In this document: positions 19,004-28,055 of the stretch, piece after piece
Layout of the letters: each line of letters opens with the position of its first letter
How positions within the stretch are numbered: position 1 is the first letter of the stretch
Assembly (NCBI GenBank): GCA_963714975.1
Contig: CAVQQD010000001.1
Coordinates: 352,001-416,000, forward strand
Reading direction: 5' to 3'
DNA from: an uncultured Gammaproteobacteria bacterium
GTDB lineage: Bacteria; Pseudomonadota; Gammaproteobacteria; JAURND01
Length of the DNA stretch: 64,000 bases
Notes under the pieces: generated by a model
Databases searched by the model: none
Told to the model about the DNA's origin: nothing
What the model saw: only the letters and a program-made list of their open reading frames with translations
Program-made: the position numbers and the translations under genes

Positions 19004-19019
19004 GATTTTGGTTGATATC

Positions 19020-19101
19020 TCTGCACTAGACAAAAATTAAACGTGCCCGATTGCGGGCACGGGCACGCAATCGGGCACGTTTAATTTTTGTCTAGTGCAG
19101 A
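19020..19101. repeat. Perfect palindrome, family F
   Basis: 36-bp arms TCTGCACTAGACAAAAATTAAACGTGCCCGATTGCG with a 10-nt loop; degenerate copy at 35971-36044. Confidence 0.88.
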
Positions 19102-19165
19102 ATGGTTGATATATTTTGCAAATATTACTAAAATTTGTCAGGTATACTAACCAAGGTGACTGATT

Positions 19166-20470
19166 GTGCGCATCGATATTCTCTTAAAATGGAACCGCTG
19201 GGGGACGAACCCCCTGCCAAGTGGTCGGCGGCGCCAGATGACCGCGGCTTTAATTCCATTCCTACACACAGACGATGTTATCACGCTCACCGGCCTGCGG
19301 CGTGTCGGCAAGTCTACTGTTTTATACCAAATTATGGATTTACTAGCAGCTGACGGTATTCCCCCCAAAGCAATGCTGCATGTGAATTTCGAAGAACCTG
19401 CATTAGCACCCCACCTCAACTTAGAGCTATTAGATACACTCTATAACCTTTTTCGCTCCCAAGTTTATCCTCAAGGTCGGACGTATCTCTTTTTAGATGA
19501 AATTCAAAATGTTCCGGAATGGGAACGCTGGGTACGAGCTAGAAATGAAACCGAGAACCTTAAAATTTTTATCACAGGTTCTTCCTCTAAACTGATGTCC
19601 CCAGAACTGGCGTCGTTATTGACTGGGCGACATATTAATTTCAAGGTTCACCCGTTAAACTTGAGTGAATTACTCGAATTTTCAGCAGTCGAAATTCCGT
19701 CTACGCCCTGGCCCATTGTTGCACCACCCCCCATTGCTCATGCTATCCACTTTTACCTGCGGTGGGGAAGTTTACCTCGCATTGTGTTAGCGGAAAGCGA
19801 TATCCGACGAGAGCGAATCCTCGCTCAGTATTTTGATGATATTGTGCTAAAAGATATCGCTATCCGCCATGATATTCGCGATCTAGCCACTTTGCGTGCT
19901 TTGGCAGTGCATCTGCTAACTCATACTGGATCACTGGTTAGCTTTAATCGTCTTGGCAAATTATTTGGGGTATCTACTATGCTGGCCAAAGATTATTGCC
20001 ACTACGTGCAGGAAGCATTGTTGCTAGAGTTAATGCCATTCTTTAGTTTGAAAGTAGCCGAGCGGCAACGCAATCCGCAAAAATTATATGCAGCAGATCT
20101 AGGCTTGCGCAATCAGGTTAGCTTGTCATTATCTGCGGATTTAGGCAAATCAATAGAATCTCTAGTATTCAACGCCCTAAAACAGCAAGAACAGCATCAG
20201 GTTTTTTATTGGAAAAATCGCGGTGAAATTGATTTTGTACTTCGCAAAGGAAATACTATCACCCACCTAATCCAAGTGGTGGCTGAAGGTTTAAAAGATC
20301 CTGCCATTTTAAAACGCGAGCGTGCAGCCCTAGAAGAAGGGCTAAAGGTCTTCCCTCAGGCTCGGCCCATAATAATTTTAGGACAGGGAGAGATTTCTGA
20401 TAACTTGCCAGACCTGGGTCTGATTCAAATCCTGCCGTTGTGGCAATTCTTGTTGCTGGAAAAGTTGTAG
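19166..20470 (+). CDS. AAA_14 ATPase with DUF4143 (PD-(D/E)xK-like) C-terminus
   Basis: GLRRVGKS Walker A, FLDEIQ Walker B, TGSS, KLYAADLG and EIDFV motifs. Confidence 0.88.
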   Translation: MRIDILLKWNRWGTNPLPSGRRRQMTAALIPFLHTDDVITLTGLRRVGKSTVLYQIMDLLAADGIPPKAMLHVNFEEPALAPHLNLELLDTLYNLFRSQVYPQGRTYLFLDEIQNVPEWERWVRARNETENLKIFITGSSSKLMSPELASLLTGRHINFKVHPLNLSELLEFSAVEIPSTPWPIVAPPPIAHAIHFYLRWGSLPRIVLAESDIRRERILAQYFDDIVLKDIAIRHDIRDLATLRALAVHLLTHTGSLVSFNRLGKLFGVSTMLAKDYCHYVQEALLLELMPFFSLKVAERQRNPQKLYAADLGLRNQVSLSLSADLGKSIESLVFNALKQQEQHQVFYWKNRGEIDFVLRKGNTITHLIQVVAEGLKDPAILKRERAALEEGLKVFPQARPIIILGQGEISDNLPDLGLIQILPLWQFLLLEKL

Positions 20471-20555
20471 TAAGGTGCTGCTGAAAGCCATTTCAAGTTC
20501 CCTCTCTCCAAATCCCACCTACCCCCCCCTTTTTTTCGAAAACATCAGACCTTGT

Positions 20556-21428
20556 TCAAGGCGAGCTTCGGGTTACAAAGATGCGTACGTTCTGACAAAA
20601 AGATTCCTGAGAATCATACTGTGCCGCAAATTTTTGGGCTATCCAAGCGAGTATCGCCACTCCTACTAGAACGCAGGCAAAAATTCCCGTACCAGTCGAT
20701 AAGTTATTAGAAAAAATATCGCCGAAAGAAGGGTTGCTTCTTCCGTGAATTAAATCCGCAAGATCTCCAGAAGGTTTCATAAAATCAGCGAATGCTTCGG
20801 GTTGCATTTTACTTAATGTCGCAAAAACAGCCACCGCTTCGACTGCGCAACCAATGCCAAAATATTTCCAATAACTTGGGTGGTTTACTTGTTGCTGTGG
20901 TTCAGATGGTTGCACGGGAACCGCAGGCTGTAACCATTGCTCAGCCACATTACCGCAGTCCGTGCTTAAGGTCTGCAAGGGTCTTTTTATACCCGGATAT
21001 TTCTGGAGCAACCCGTCGCAGACTCTCCCGATAACGCCATTAAGCTCGGTTTCAGATAGTTTTTTGATGGTAAAACTAGCAGCCTCCTGACCCTGCTTAG
21101 GGAAGCTGGTGCATACTTGGAAGCATCGTTCTAAGTTAGGAAGGATCTTGGTACAAAAAACACCCGCTCCTTCTTTCTGCCCCGTTATTTTTTCCTCTTG
21201 TCCATTTTTTTCTTGTCCTTCGTTTCGTAGACTTTGCAACAAAGCACGTGCTATTCGCCTCTCTGGATTTGTTAGGGCTGCATGCTGCGTTACCCCATTC
21301 AGAAACTTACCGATTCCATCAGGAAGATCTATTTGAGTTCCCTTTTGTATTGCCAAGTACACCTGGTATATGCTGCCAACAAATTTTTGCTTATCAGCCA
21401 AGGTAGGATTGTTGGATTGGGTAGCCAT
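20556..21428 (-). CDS. Hypothetical C-terminally anchored protein, paralog 1; effector candidate
   Basis: Two C-terminal hydrophobic segments; tail closely similar to that of 22510-23437. Confidence 0.75.
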   Translation of the reverse strand: MATQSNNPTLADKQKFVGSIYQVYLAIQKGTQIDLPDGIGKFLNGVTQHAALTNPERRIARALLQSLRNEGQEKNGQEEKITGQKEGAGVFCTKILPNLERCFQVCTSFPKQGQEAASFTIKKLSETELNGVIGRVCDGLLQKYPGIKRPLQTLSTDCGNVAEQWLQPAVPVQPSEPQQQVNHPSYWKYFGIGCAVEAVAVFATLSKMQPEAFADFMKPSGDLADLIHGRSNPSFGDIFSNNLSTGTGIFACVLVGVAILAWIAQKFAAQYDSQESFCQNVRIFVTRSSP

Positions 21429-21519
21429 TAGTTAAAACCTCACAAATTTTTTTAAATGGAAACATGCTGTCTTTGCCTGAATGGCTAGGATGACGGCATG
21501 AGTAATTGTAATTAATAAC

Positions 21520-21552
21520 AGGATACCAAATGAATCTGAAGGGAATATTAAC
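21520..21552 (-). promoter_or_regulatory. PmrA-like box plus -10 hexamer
   Basis: GTTAATATT-CC-CTTCAGATT, 7 nt, TATCCT. Confidence 0.65.
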
Positions 21553-21640
21553 AGAGAGGACTTGCGGCATTGTCCTGGCGCTGACGCTCAGGCGGGGGAG
21601 AGGGGACTTGAAAATATGTGCATACCTTAGGCCTACGGGA

Positions 21641-22436
21641 TTATACTGCAATTGGGGCCTTAATCGTGGGATGAAATTGATAATCCACAAATTCAAAGTC
21701 TTTTTCCTGATGTTCCGCAATGTCAGTAGGCTGGTGGTGGATAACTAACCGCGGTAGTGGGTGAGGAGTACGGCTAAGCTGCAAGTCGACTTGCTCGAGA
21801 TGGTTGCTATAAATATGACAATCTCCCCCTGACCAAATAAAATCACCCACTTTTAAGCCACATTGCTTGGCGATAATATGCGTTAATAACGCATAAGAGG
21901 CAATATTGAAGGGTACGCCTAAAAAAGCATCGGCCGAACGCTGAGTAAGTTTGCAGGATAATTGATGATTCGCGACATAAAATTGAAACAGCAAATGGCA
22001 AGGAGGCAGGGCCATTTTAGCTAATTCTCCCACATTCCAGGCACTGACAATTAAGCGCCGCGAATCAGGATTACGTTGGATTTCCGTGATCACGTCTTGG
22101 ATTTGGTCAATCACCCGACCATCGGTAGTCGGCCAGGCACGCCATTGCTTGCCATAAACCGGGCCCAAGCTCGCCATTTTCATCCGCCCACTCATTCCAA
22201 ATCGTCACGCCCTGTTGCTGCAAGGAGCGCACATTGGTTTCGCCGCGCAAAAACCACAGTAATTCCTGCACCATACTTTTTAAATGTAAGCGCTTCGTCG
22301 TCACCAACGGGAACCCCGCCGCTAAAGGAAAACGCATCTCGTAGCCAAAAACGCTTAAGGTTCCAGTGCCGGTGCGATCGGATTTAAACACGCCCTGGGT
22401 GCGAATGTGACGCAAAAAGTCTAAGTAAGTTTTCAT
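21641..22436 (-). CDS. thyA: Thymidylate synthase (one extra base near 22165, probably a sequence error)
   Basis: DRTGTGT, ELLWFL, GPVYG and LPPCH motifs; the span is 796 nt, i.e. 264 codons plus stop plus 1. Confidence 0.93.
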
Positions 22437-22509
22437 TGTGTGTCCCTTTCGTGATCCCATCCAACGGGAGAGAAGGGATAATAACCTCAAAATCCTGCGT
22501 AAGAAAGCA

Positions 22510-23437
22510 TCAGGAGGTCGAGGGCCCAACAAAAAAGTTGCGCACATTATCACACACGGAGTTATCAGGATCACGGTTTGCAGCATACCTTTGGGCTGCC
22601 CAAGTGAGCAGCACTATTCCCACTAGAACGGTAGCGAAAATTCCCGTGCCAGTAGTCAGGTTGTTACTAAAAATATCGCCGAAAGAAGGATCGCCTCTCC
22701 CATGAATTAAATCCGCAAGATCTCCAGAAGGTTTCATGAAATCAACAAATGCGTCGGGTTGCATTTTTCTTAATGTCGCAAAAACAGCCACTAATTCGAG
22801 GGCAAACCCAAAACCAAAAAACCATTTCCAATAACTAATGGGTTTTGCTTCTGCTGGCTCCAAAGTTACTGAGAAATCAACTGTAAACTGCTTTCTTTTA
22901 TATGGGCCCTTAGTCGATTCCAATGATGTGTTATCCGCTGCTTTCGATTCACTAGGCGGCGTCGGCATCTTATCGCACCATTGATTTAATTTATCCAAGC
23001 TGTTATTTATGCCTTGCTGATGAAACAATTTATATATTATTGTTATAACAGCATTAAGCTGATTCTCTGGTACTGCCGCTGGGAGTGGTTGCGTTCGTTT
23101 GGCAAAGCATTGATGCAGAGCCTGAGAGATGAACCCACAAAGCTCGCTTGCAGTTCTTTTCTGGCCATTCGCATCGTATTTGCCCTGTTTTTCTCGTACA
23201 GCTTCTAAAATTTGCCGTGTTACCTCTCTCACTTCCTTCGCGGTGAAACGATTCCCTGCTACTATCGTTGCCAGGGGGGGGGGTTGCTTCAGTGTTTAGT
23301 AAGCACTCGATGGTGCCTGCCTGATGATATGTTGTATTGCTTCCATTGGTCAAAACTAGGGAAACTTGCCGCATGATGTCAACAAATTTTCGTTTATCCT
23401 TGACATTATCTAAGGGACTTTTCTTTTGAGTACTCAT
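22510..23437 (-). CDS. Hypothetical C-terminally anchored protein, paralog 2 (frameshift, probably at the G run near 23274-23283)
   Basis: N-terminus DKRKFV matches DKQKFV of paralog 1; shared [26 protein letters not shown] tail. Confidence 0.72.
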
Positions 23438-23469
23438 TAGTTAAAACCTCAGTCATTGTAATTAAAAGC

Positions 23470-23502
23470 AGGATAGCGCATGAAACTGAAGGGAATATTA
23501 AG
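23470..23502 (-). promoter_or_regulatory. PmrA-like box plus -10 hexamer, overlapping the recN stop codon
   Basis: CTTAATATT-CC-CTTCAGTTT, 7 nt, TATCCT. Confidence 0.65.
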
Positions 23503-25162
23503 CAATACCCCTTCTCCCCAAATTACACATCTCTGCCGCATGGGCTAAAGTCATCGCGGTGATTTGCGCACCACCTAACATGCGGGCAATTTCCTGCACT
23601 TTTTCCGCTGCGTCTAAGGCTTTAAGCACGATCTCAGTGAGCTTATTGCCTGCCTGTTTATGCACTTGCAAATGCTGCGTCCCTTGGGCAGCCACTTGGG
23701 GCAAATGGGTAATACAAAATACTTGGGCACTTTGTGCTAATGTTCTCAGTTGTTGGCCAACAATCTCAGCGATCTTGCCACCCACCCCAACATCCACTTC
23801 ATCAAAAATGAGCGTTGCCGAAGACAAGACTCGGGCGGTGATCACCTGAATGGCCAAAGAAATGCGTGAAAGCTCCCCACCCGAGGCTACTTTAGCCAGC
23901 GGTTGCAAGGGCTGACCCAAATTAGCAGTCACCCAAAATTCAATCCGCTCCTTGCCCTGCCCATGAATCTGGTCTTCACGTGCCAATAACTGAATCTGAA
24001 ATTGACCATTGACCATCCCTAATTGCTGCATCTCAGCCGTCACCAGTAGACTCAGTTGTTGGGCGGCTTGTTCCCGACTGGCGGATAATTGCTGAGCCAC
24101 TAAAAAGTACTGTGCTGCACATTCCGCCTGACGCTGTTGCAAAGCGGCTATGCGCTCCTGGCGGCTGGTTAACTGCTGGAATTCTGCCTGTAGCGCTGGT
24201 AATTTAGTCGTTAACTCCTGGGGTAGCACCCGATATTTGCGCGCCAAATCATAAATTTTGCTCAAACGCTGGTCTAATTGCTGCAAGCGCTCGGGATCTA
24301 TTTCTAAATTCTGCAGCCAGTGACGTATCTCAGTTGCCGCCTCGCTTACTTGAATAATGGCTTGATTTAATAAATCTCCAGCGGATCCTGCCGGCAGATG
24401 CTTTAACTGGGCACAAGCCTCATGTAAGCCCGGCAAAATCGCTGTGTCTTCATCTTCCACCAACAAAGTAAGCACTGTACGCCCAGCCGTGATCCAGCGC
24501 TCGGCATGGCTGAGTTGTTGATGCTCGGCCTCCAGCTGAGCTACCTCACCGGCCTGTAGATTTAATGCTGAGAGTTCTTGGATTTGAAAGCTCAGCAATT
24601 GTTCTTGGGCACTTTGATTGCTATCCGATCCCTGCAAAGTGCTTAATTCCTGACTAACGGCTTGCCAGGCATGGAAAGCCCCGCTGACTGCCGCGGTCAA
24701 ATTAAGGTGTTGAGCAAATTGATCGAGTAATTGCGTTTGATAAGGGCTTTTTAGCAATAAAGAATGTTGGTTTTGCCCATGTACTTGGACGAATAAACTG
24801 CCAAGCTGCCGCACTTGGCTGAGAGAACAGGGCGCCCCGTTAATGCTAAGTCGGGAGCGACCATCGCGATGCAAAGTGCGCCGAATCAGGCACTCACCCT
24901 CTTGCTCTAAATCTTGTTCAGCAAACCATTGCTGCAGCTCAGGCTGTTGATCGAGGGAAAATGTTGCAGCAAGTTCACAGCGATCATGCCCAACTTGAAT
25001 CACGCTGCTATCGGCACGTGCCCCTAACACCATTTCCAAAGCATCAAAAATAATCGACTTGCCAGCGCCAGTCTCTCCGGTAATGACGGTTAATCCAGCG
25101 GCGAACTCTAAATCTAGTTCAGTAATCAGAGTGAAATGTTTGATGTGTAAATATTTCAGCAT
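23498..25162 (-). CDS. recN: DNA repair protein RecN
   Basis: TGETGAGKS, ASGGELSR, FDEVD and ITHLPQVA motifs. Confidence 0.96.
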   Translation of the reverse strand: MLKYLHIKHFTLITELDLEFAAGLTVITGETGAGKSIIFDALEMVLGARADSSVIQVGHDRCELAATFSLDQQPELQQWFAEQDLEQEGECLIRRTLHRDGRSRLSINGAPCSLSQVRQLGSLFVQVHGQNQHSLLLKSPYQTQLLDQFAQHLNLTAAVSGAFHAWQAVSQELSTLQGSDSNQSAQEQLLSFQIQELSALNLQAGEVAQLEAEHQQLSHAERWITAGRTVLTLLVEDEDTAILPGLHEACAQLKHLPAGSAGDLLNQAIIQVSEAATEIRHWLQNLEIDPERLQQLDQRLSKIYDLARKYRVLPQELTTKLPALQAEFQQLTSRQERIAALQQRQAECAAQYFLVAQQLSASREQAAQQLSLLVTAEMQQLGMVNGQFQIQLLAREDQIHGQGKERIEFWVTANLGQPLQPLAKVASGGELSRISLAIQVITARVLSSATLIFDEVDVGVGGKIAEIVGQQLRTLAQSAQVFCITHLPQVAAQGTQHLQVHKQAGNKLTEIVLKALDAAEKVQEIARMLGGAQITAMTLAHAAEMCNLGRRGIA

Positions 25163-25170
25163 TAGAACCC

Positions 25171-26049
25171 TTAGCTCTGCCAACGTAATTTAGCACGTAA
25201 AGTTTCGAAGTAACTGTAATCTTGCGGATGAATCAAACGCAGCAGTTGCGCCACTTTGTGAATCAGCACAGTATCTCCTAGCTGGACGCTAATGCGTTTT
25301 TTGCCATCCGCACTAATTTGGGGGGTGCTTTCGTTATTTTCACTGATGTGAATGGTAATCTTACTATCGGCACTCACCACAATCGGGCGATTACTTAAGG
25401 TGTGAGGAAACATCGGCACCAGGACCACGGCATTAAGTCCAGGATGCAAAATGGGCCCACCACCGGAAAGCGCATAAGCTGTGGATCCCGTTGGGGTGGA
25501 AATAATTAGCCCATCGGCACGAAAATCACAGACAAATCGTTCATCCACCCAAACCATAAACTCAATCATATGTGCTACATCCCCAGGGGATAACACCACT
25601 TCATTGAGCGCCTCAACGGTTGCTACAGTAGTTTTTTGGTGCTGGATATAGGCGGTTAACAAAAAGCGCTGCTCTTCTAAATAATTACCCCGCAGCACAG
25701 CAAGGATTTTGTGAAATTCGTGGGGATAAATGTCGGTTAAAAATCCCAAGCGCCCGCGATTGACGCCTAAAACTGGCAAGGACTGGGGAACGGCAATTTT
25801 AGCAGCTTGCAGAATGCTGCCATCGCCCCCTACTACAATAATCAAATCAGCTGCCTCGTGCAGGCGATCACTACCAATACCTGCGCTTACGGAAGCGATG
25901 CTAAGCCGATTTAACGTTTCCTGCTCAAATACCACTACATAGTCATGTTGCGTGAGATACGCATACAATGCTAATAAAGTTTCTTCAATATGATTATTCC
26001 GCGATCGCCCCATTAAGGCAATCCGCTTAAACTCCTGGTTTGGCATCAT
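25171..26049 (-). CDS. nadK: NAD kinase
   Basis: GGDG, GRLGFL, LNE and TPTGSTAY motifs. Confidence 0.95.
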   Translation of the reverse strand: MMPNQEFKRIALMGRSRNNHIEETLLALYAYLTQHDYVVVFEQETLNRLSIASVSAGIGSDRLHEAADLIIVVGGDGSILQAAKIAVPQSLPVLGVNRGRLGFLTDIYPHEFHKILAVLRGNYLEEQRFLLTAYIQHQKTTVATVEALNEVVLSPGDVAHMIEFMVWVDERFVCDFRADGLIISTPTGSTAYALSGGGPILHPGLNAVVLVPMFPHTLSNRPIVVSADSKITIHISENNESTPQISADGKKRISVQLGDTVLIHKVAQLLRLIHPQDYSYFETLRAKLRWQS

Positions 26050-26082
26050 ATTTTTTCCGTTTCACGCCGAACATTTTAGAGG

Positions 26083-26211
26083 AATTCCCGCTGAAACCTC
26101 AAGCCCGACGGGTCCTGCCGCGTGGGCAACCCGCCGTGCTCGCACGCTGCGCGCGGCGTTGTTGCCCTGCGCGTCACCCGTCGGTTAATTACTACGGAGC
26201 GGGAATTGCTG
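26083..26211 (+). repeat. GC-rich structured repeat, family A (full copy)
   Basis: Core nearly identical to 11810-11943, with AATTCCCGCT/AGCGGGAATT ends. Confidence 0.85.
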
Positions 26212-26293
26212 AACATTCTACCTCAATCTTGCGCTGATAGGCTAATACCTGGTATTTTGGATCTCAGACTTAATGGGAGAGCCGAGGTATAAA

Positions 26294-26734
26294 ATGACCA
26301 GCAAAAATCGCCAATACGAAAAAGATTTTTACCAATGGTCGTTGTATACTGCGGCCTTGATTCGACAAGGAGAGTTTGCAAAGGTGGACATTGAACATGT
26401 GGCAGAGGAACTCGAAAGTATGGGCCGAAGTGACAAACGTGAACTGATTAACCGGTTTGCTTTGTTAATGGCGCATTTATTGAAGTGGCAATTTCAGCCA
26501 GAAAAACGCAGCAATAGTTGGAAATCCACGATCAAAGAGCAACGCCTCAAAATAGCCGATCTCTTGGAAGAAAGTCCGAGTTTAAAACACGAAATCGCTC
26601 CGAAACTGAATCATGCATACCAACAAGCTATGTTGATTGCAGTCAGAGAAACGGGATTGGCAGAAACGCAGTTTCCTAAAAGTAACCCTTTTACTATCAA
26701 CAAGTGTCTCGATCAAAAATATTTTCCGAAATAG
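26294..26734 (+). CDS. DUF29 family protein
   Basis: YEKDFYQW, EELESMGRSDKREL, HLLKWQFQP and ESPSLK motifs. Confidence 0.9.
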   Translation: MTSKNRQYEKDFYQWSLYTAALIRQGEFAKVDIEHVAEELESMGRSDKRELINRFALLMAHLLKWQFQPEKRSNSWKSTIKEQRLKIADLLEESPSLKHEIAPKLNHAYQQAMLIAVRETGLAETQFPKSNPFTINKCLDQKYFPK

Positions 26735-26765
26735 CATACCACTCCAGAAATATGTTAAAAATATC

Positions 26766-27875
26766 TTAGGTAATATCTTCTACTTGTTCCTGCTCTAACC
26801 TAGCTACTATTGCTACCGGCAATTTGGTTAATTCTGCTACTTGCTCAACAGGAAAACCTTTTTCTAAAAGTCTTATTGCCTTCGCTGCTTCCCGCCACCC
26901 TTCTTCACGTCCTTCTTGATGCCCCTCTTCACGCCATTGTTGTGCCATTGTTAATCCCTTTTCCCACCCCTCTTTATGCCCCTCTTCACGCCATTGTTGT
27001 GCCATTGTTAATCCCTTTTCCCACCCCTCTTTATGCCCTTCTTCACGCCATTGTTGTGCCATTGTTAATCCCTTTTCCCACCCCTCTTTATGCCCTTCTT
27101 CACGCCATTGTTGTGCTATAGTCATAATTTCTCCCCTAGTTTCCTGAGATAAACGTGAGTTGATCAAAGTTTTAAATGCTTCTTTATCCCTGATCTCCCC
27201 TTTTTTTACAATATAATACAAAATACTGAGACAGAAGTCTTGTCTGCCTTGCTGTTCTACTTGCCGCAGCATATCAATAAACTTTTCTAATGCAGGCAGG
27301 ATATCTCGATCATAAATGTGCTTCATAGCTAATCCTAGCAGGCCTGACCATAGTCGTTCTCTTAATACTTCATCAGGAATTTTCTTTAACTGGACCAAGT
27401 GAAAAGGCTGTAGAAAGTAACGATCAATTAAATCTGCTGGTGCATTAATCAAAGCCCTGAGATCTGTAGGATAACGCCAGTCCGTTGCACCATTGTAGTA
27501 AACAATAGTATAGACTAAGGGAACTTGTTTATGATTGTTCCAATGATCACGAATGATTCCACTTTCATACAAAAAAGCGCGCACTGGCATATCGGCTTCT
27601 GGCTCCGATTGATGTTCGATATGGGCAATTACGTAGACAGTCTGCGTAGAATCTTTGAGCTGTAGTTCAAAAACTACATCCGTGTAACGGGAGCTCAAAG
27701 TTTCATCAACCAGACGATCCTTGCAAATTCGCAGAGTAGATAAATCAAGTGCTTCCAATAATGGCTGAGGAAGATGCTGCTGTAAAAAATCTTTGGCAAC
27801 AGTTAAATCAGATAACGATCGTACGAAAAAATTATCACTATAATTTACGTTATTAGAAATTTTATTTTGAGTCAT
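26766..27875 (-). CDS. Rpn (YhgA-like) recombination-promoting nuclease
   Basis: D.FF...LS, TDVVF, IEHQS, P.V.TIVYYNG and MTIAQQWREEG motifs. Confidence 0.9.
   Translation of the reverse strand: MTQNKISNNVNYSDNFFVRSLSDLTVAKDFLQQHLPQPLLEALDLSTLRICKDRLVDETLSSRYTDVVFELQLKDSTQTVYVIAHIEHQSEPEADMPVRAFLYESGIIRDHWNNHKQVPLVYTIVYYNGATDWRYPTDLRALINAPADLIDRYFLQPFHLVQLKKIPDEVLRERLWSGLLGLAMKHIYDRDILPALEKFIDMLRQVEQQGRQDFCLSILYYIVKKGEIRDKEAFKTLINSRLSQETRGEIMTIAQQWREEGHKEGWEKGLTMAQQWREEGHKEGWEKGLTMAQQWREEGHKEGWEKGLTMAQQWREEGHQEGREEGWREAAKAIRLLEKGFPVEQVAELTKLPVAIVARLEQEQVEDIT
26919..27116 (-). repeat. 57-bp tandem repeat (about 3.5 units) within rpn
   Basis: Each unit encodes MAQQWREEGHKEGWEKGLT. Confidence 0.95.
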
Positions 27876-27878
27876 GGG

Positions 27879-27917
27879 ATAGATTAGCCTTCTTTTTATT
27901 AAAGAAGGCTAATCTAT
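27879..27917 (-). promoter_or_regulatory. Perfect 17-bp hairpin covering the rpn ribosome-binding region
   Basis: ATAGATTAGCCTTCTTT-N5-AAAGAAGGCTAATCTAT, ending 3 nt before the ATG at 27875. Confidence 0.6.
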
Positions 27918-28055
27918 AGTCACAATGGAAAAGTAACAATACCGTAGTTTCAAAGGCAGGTGAGGTATTTCAAAACGCTGAAAGCTACTTCAAACACCCT
28001 CATCCTGCCTGCGGCCACCTTCTCCCACAAGGGGAGAAGGATAATTCATCACTCC

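Noticed and set aside
26919-27116. Possible CRISPR array
   Set aside because: The 57-bp units are contiguous with no unique spacers, lie in frame in rpn, and there are no cas genes in the window.
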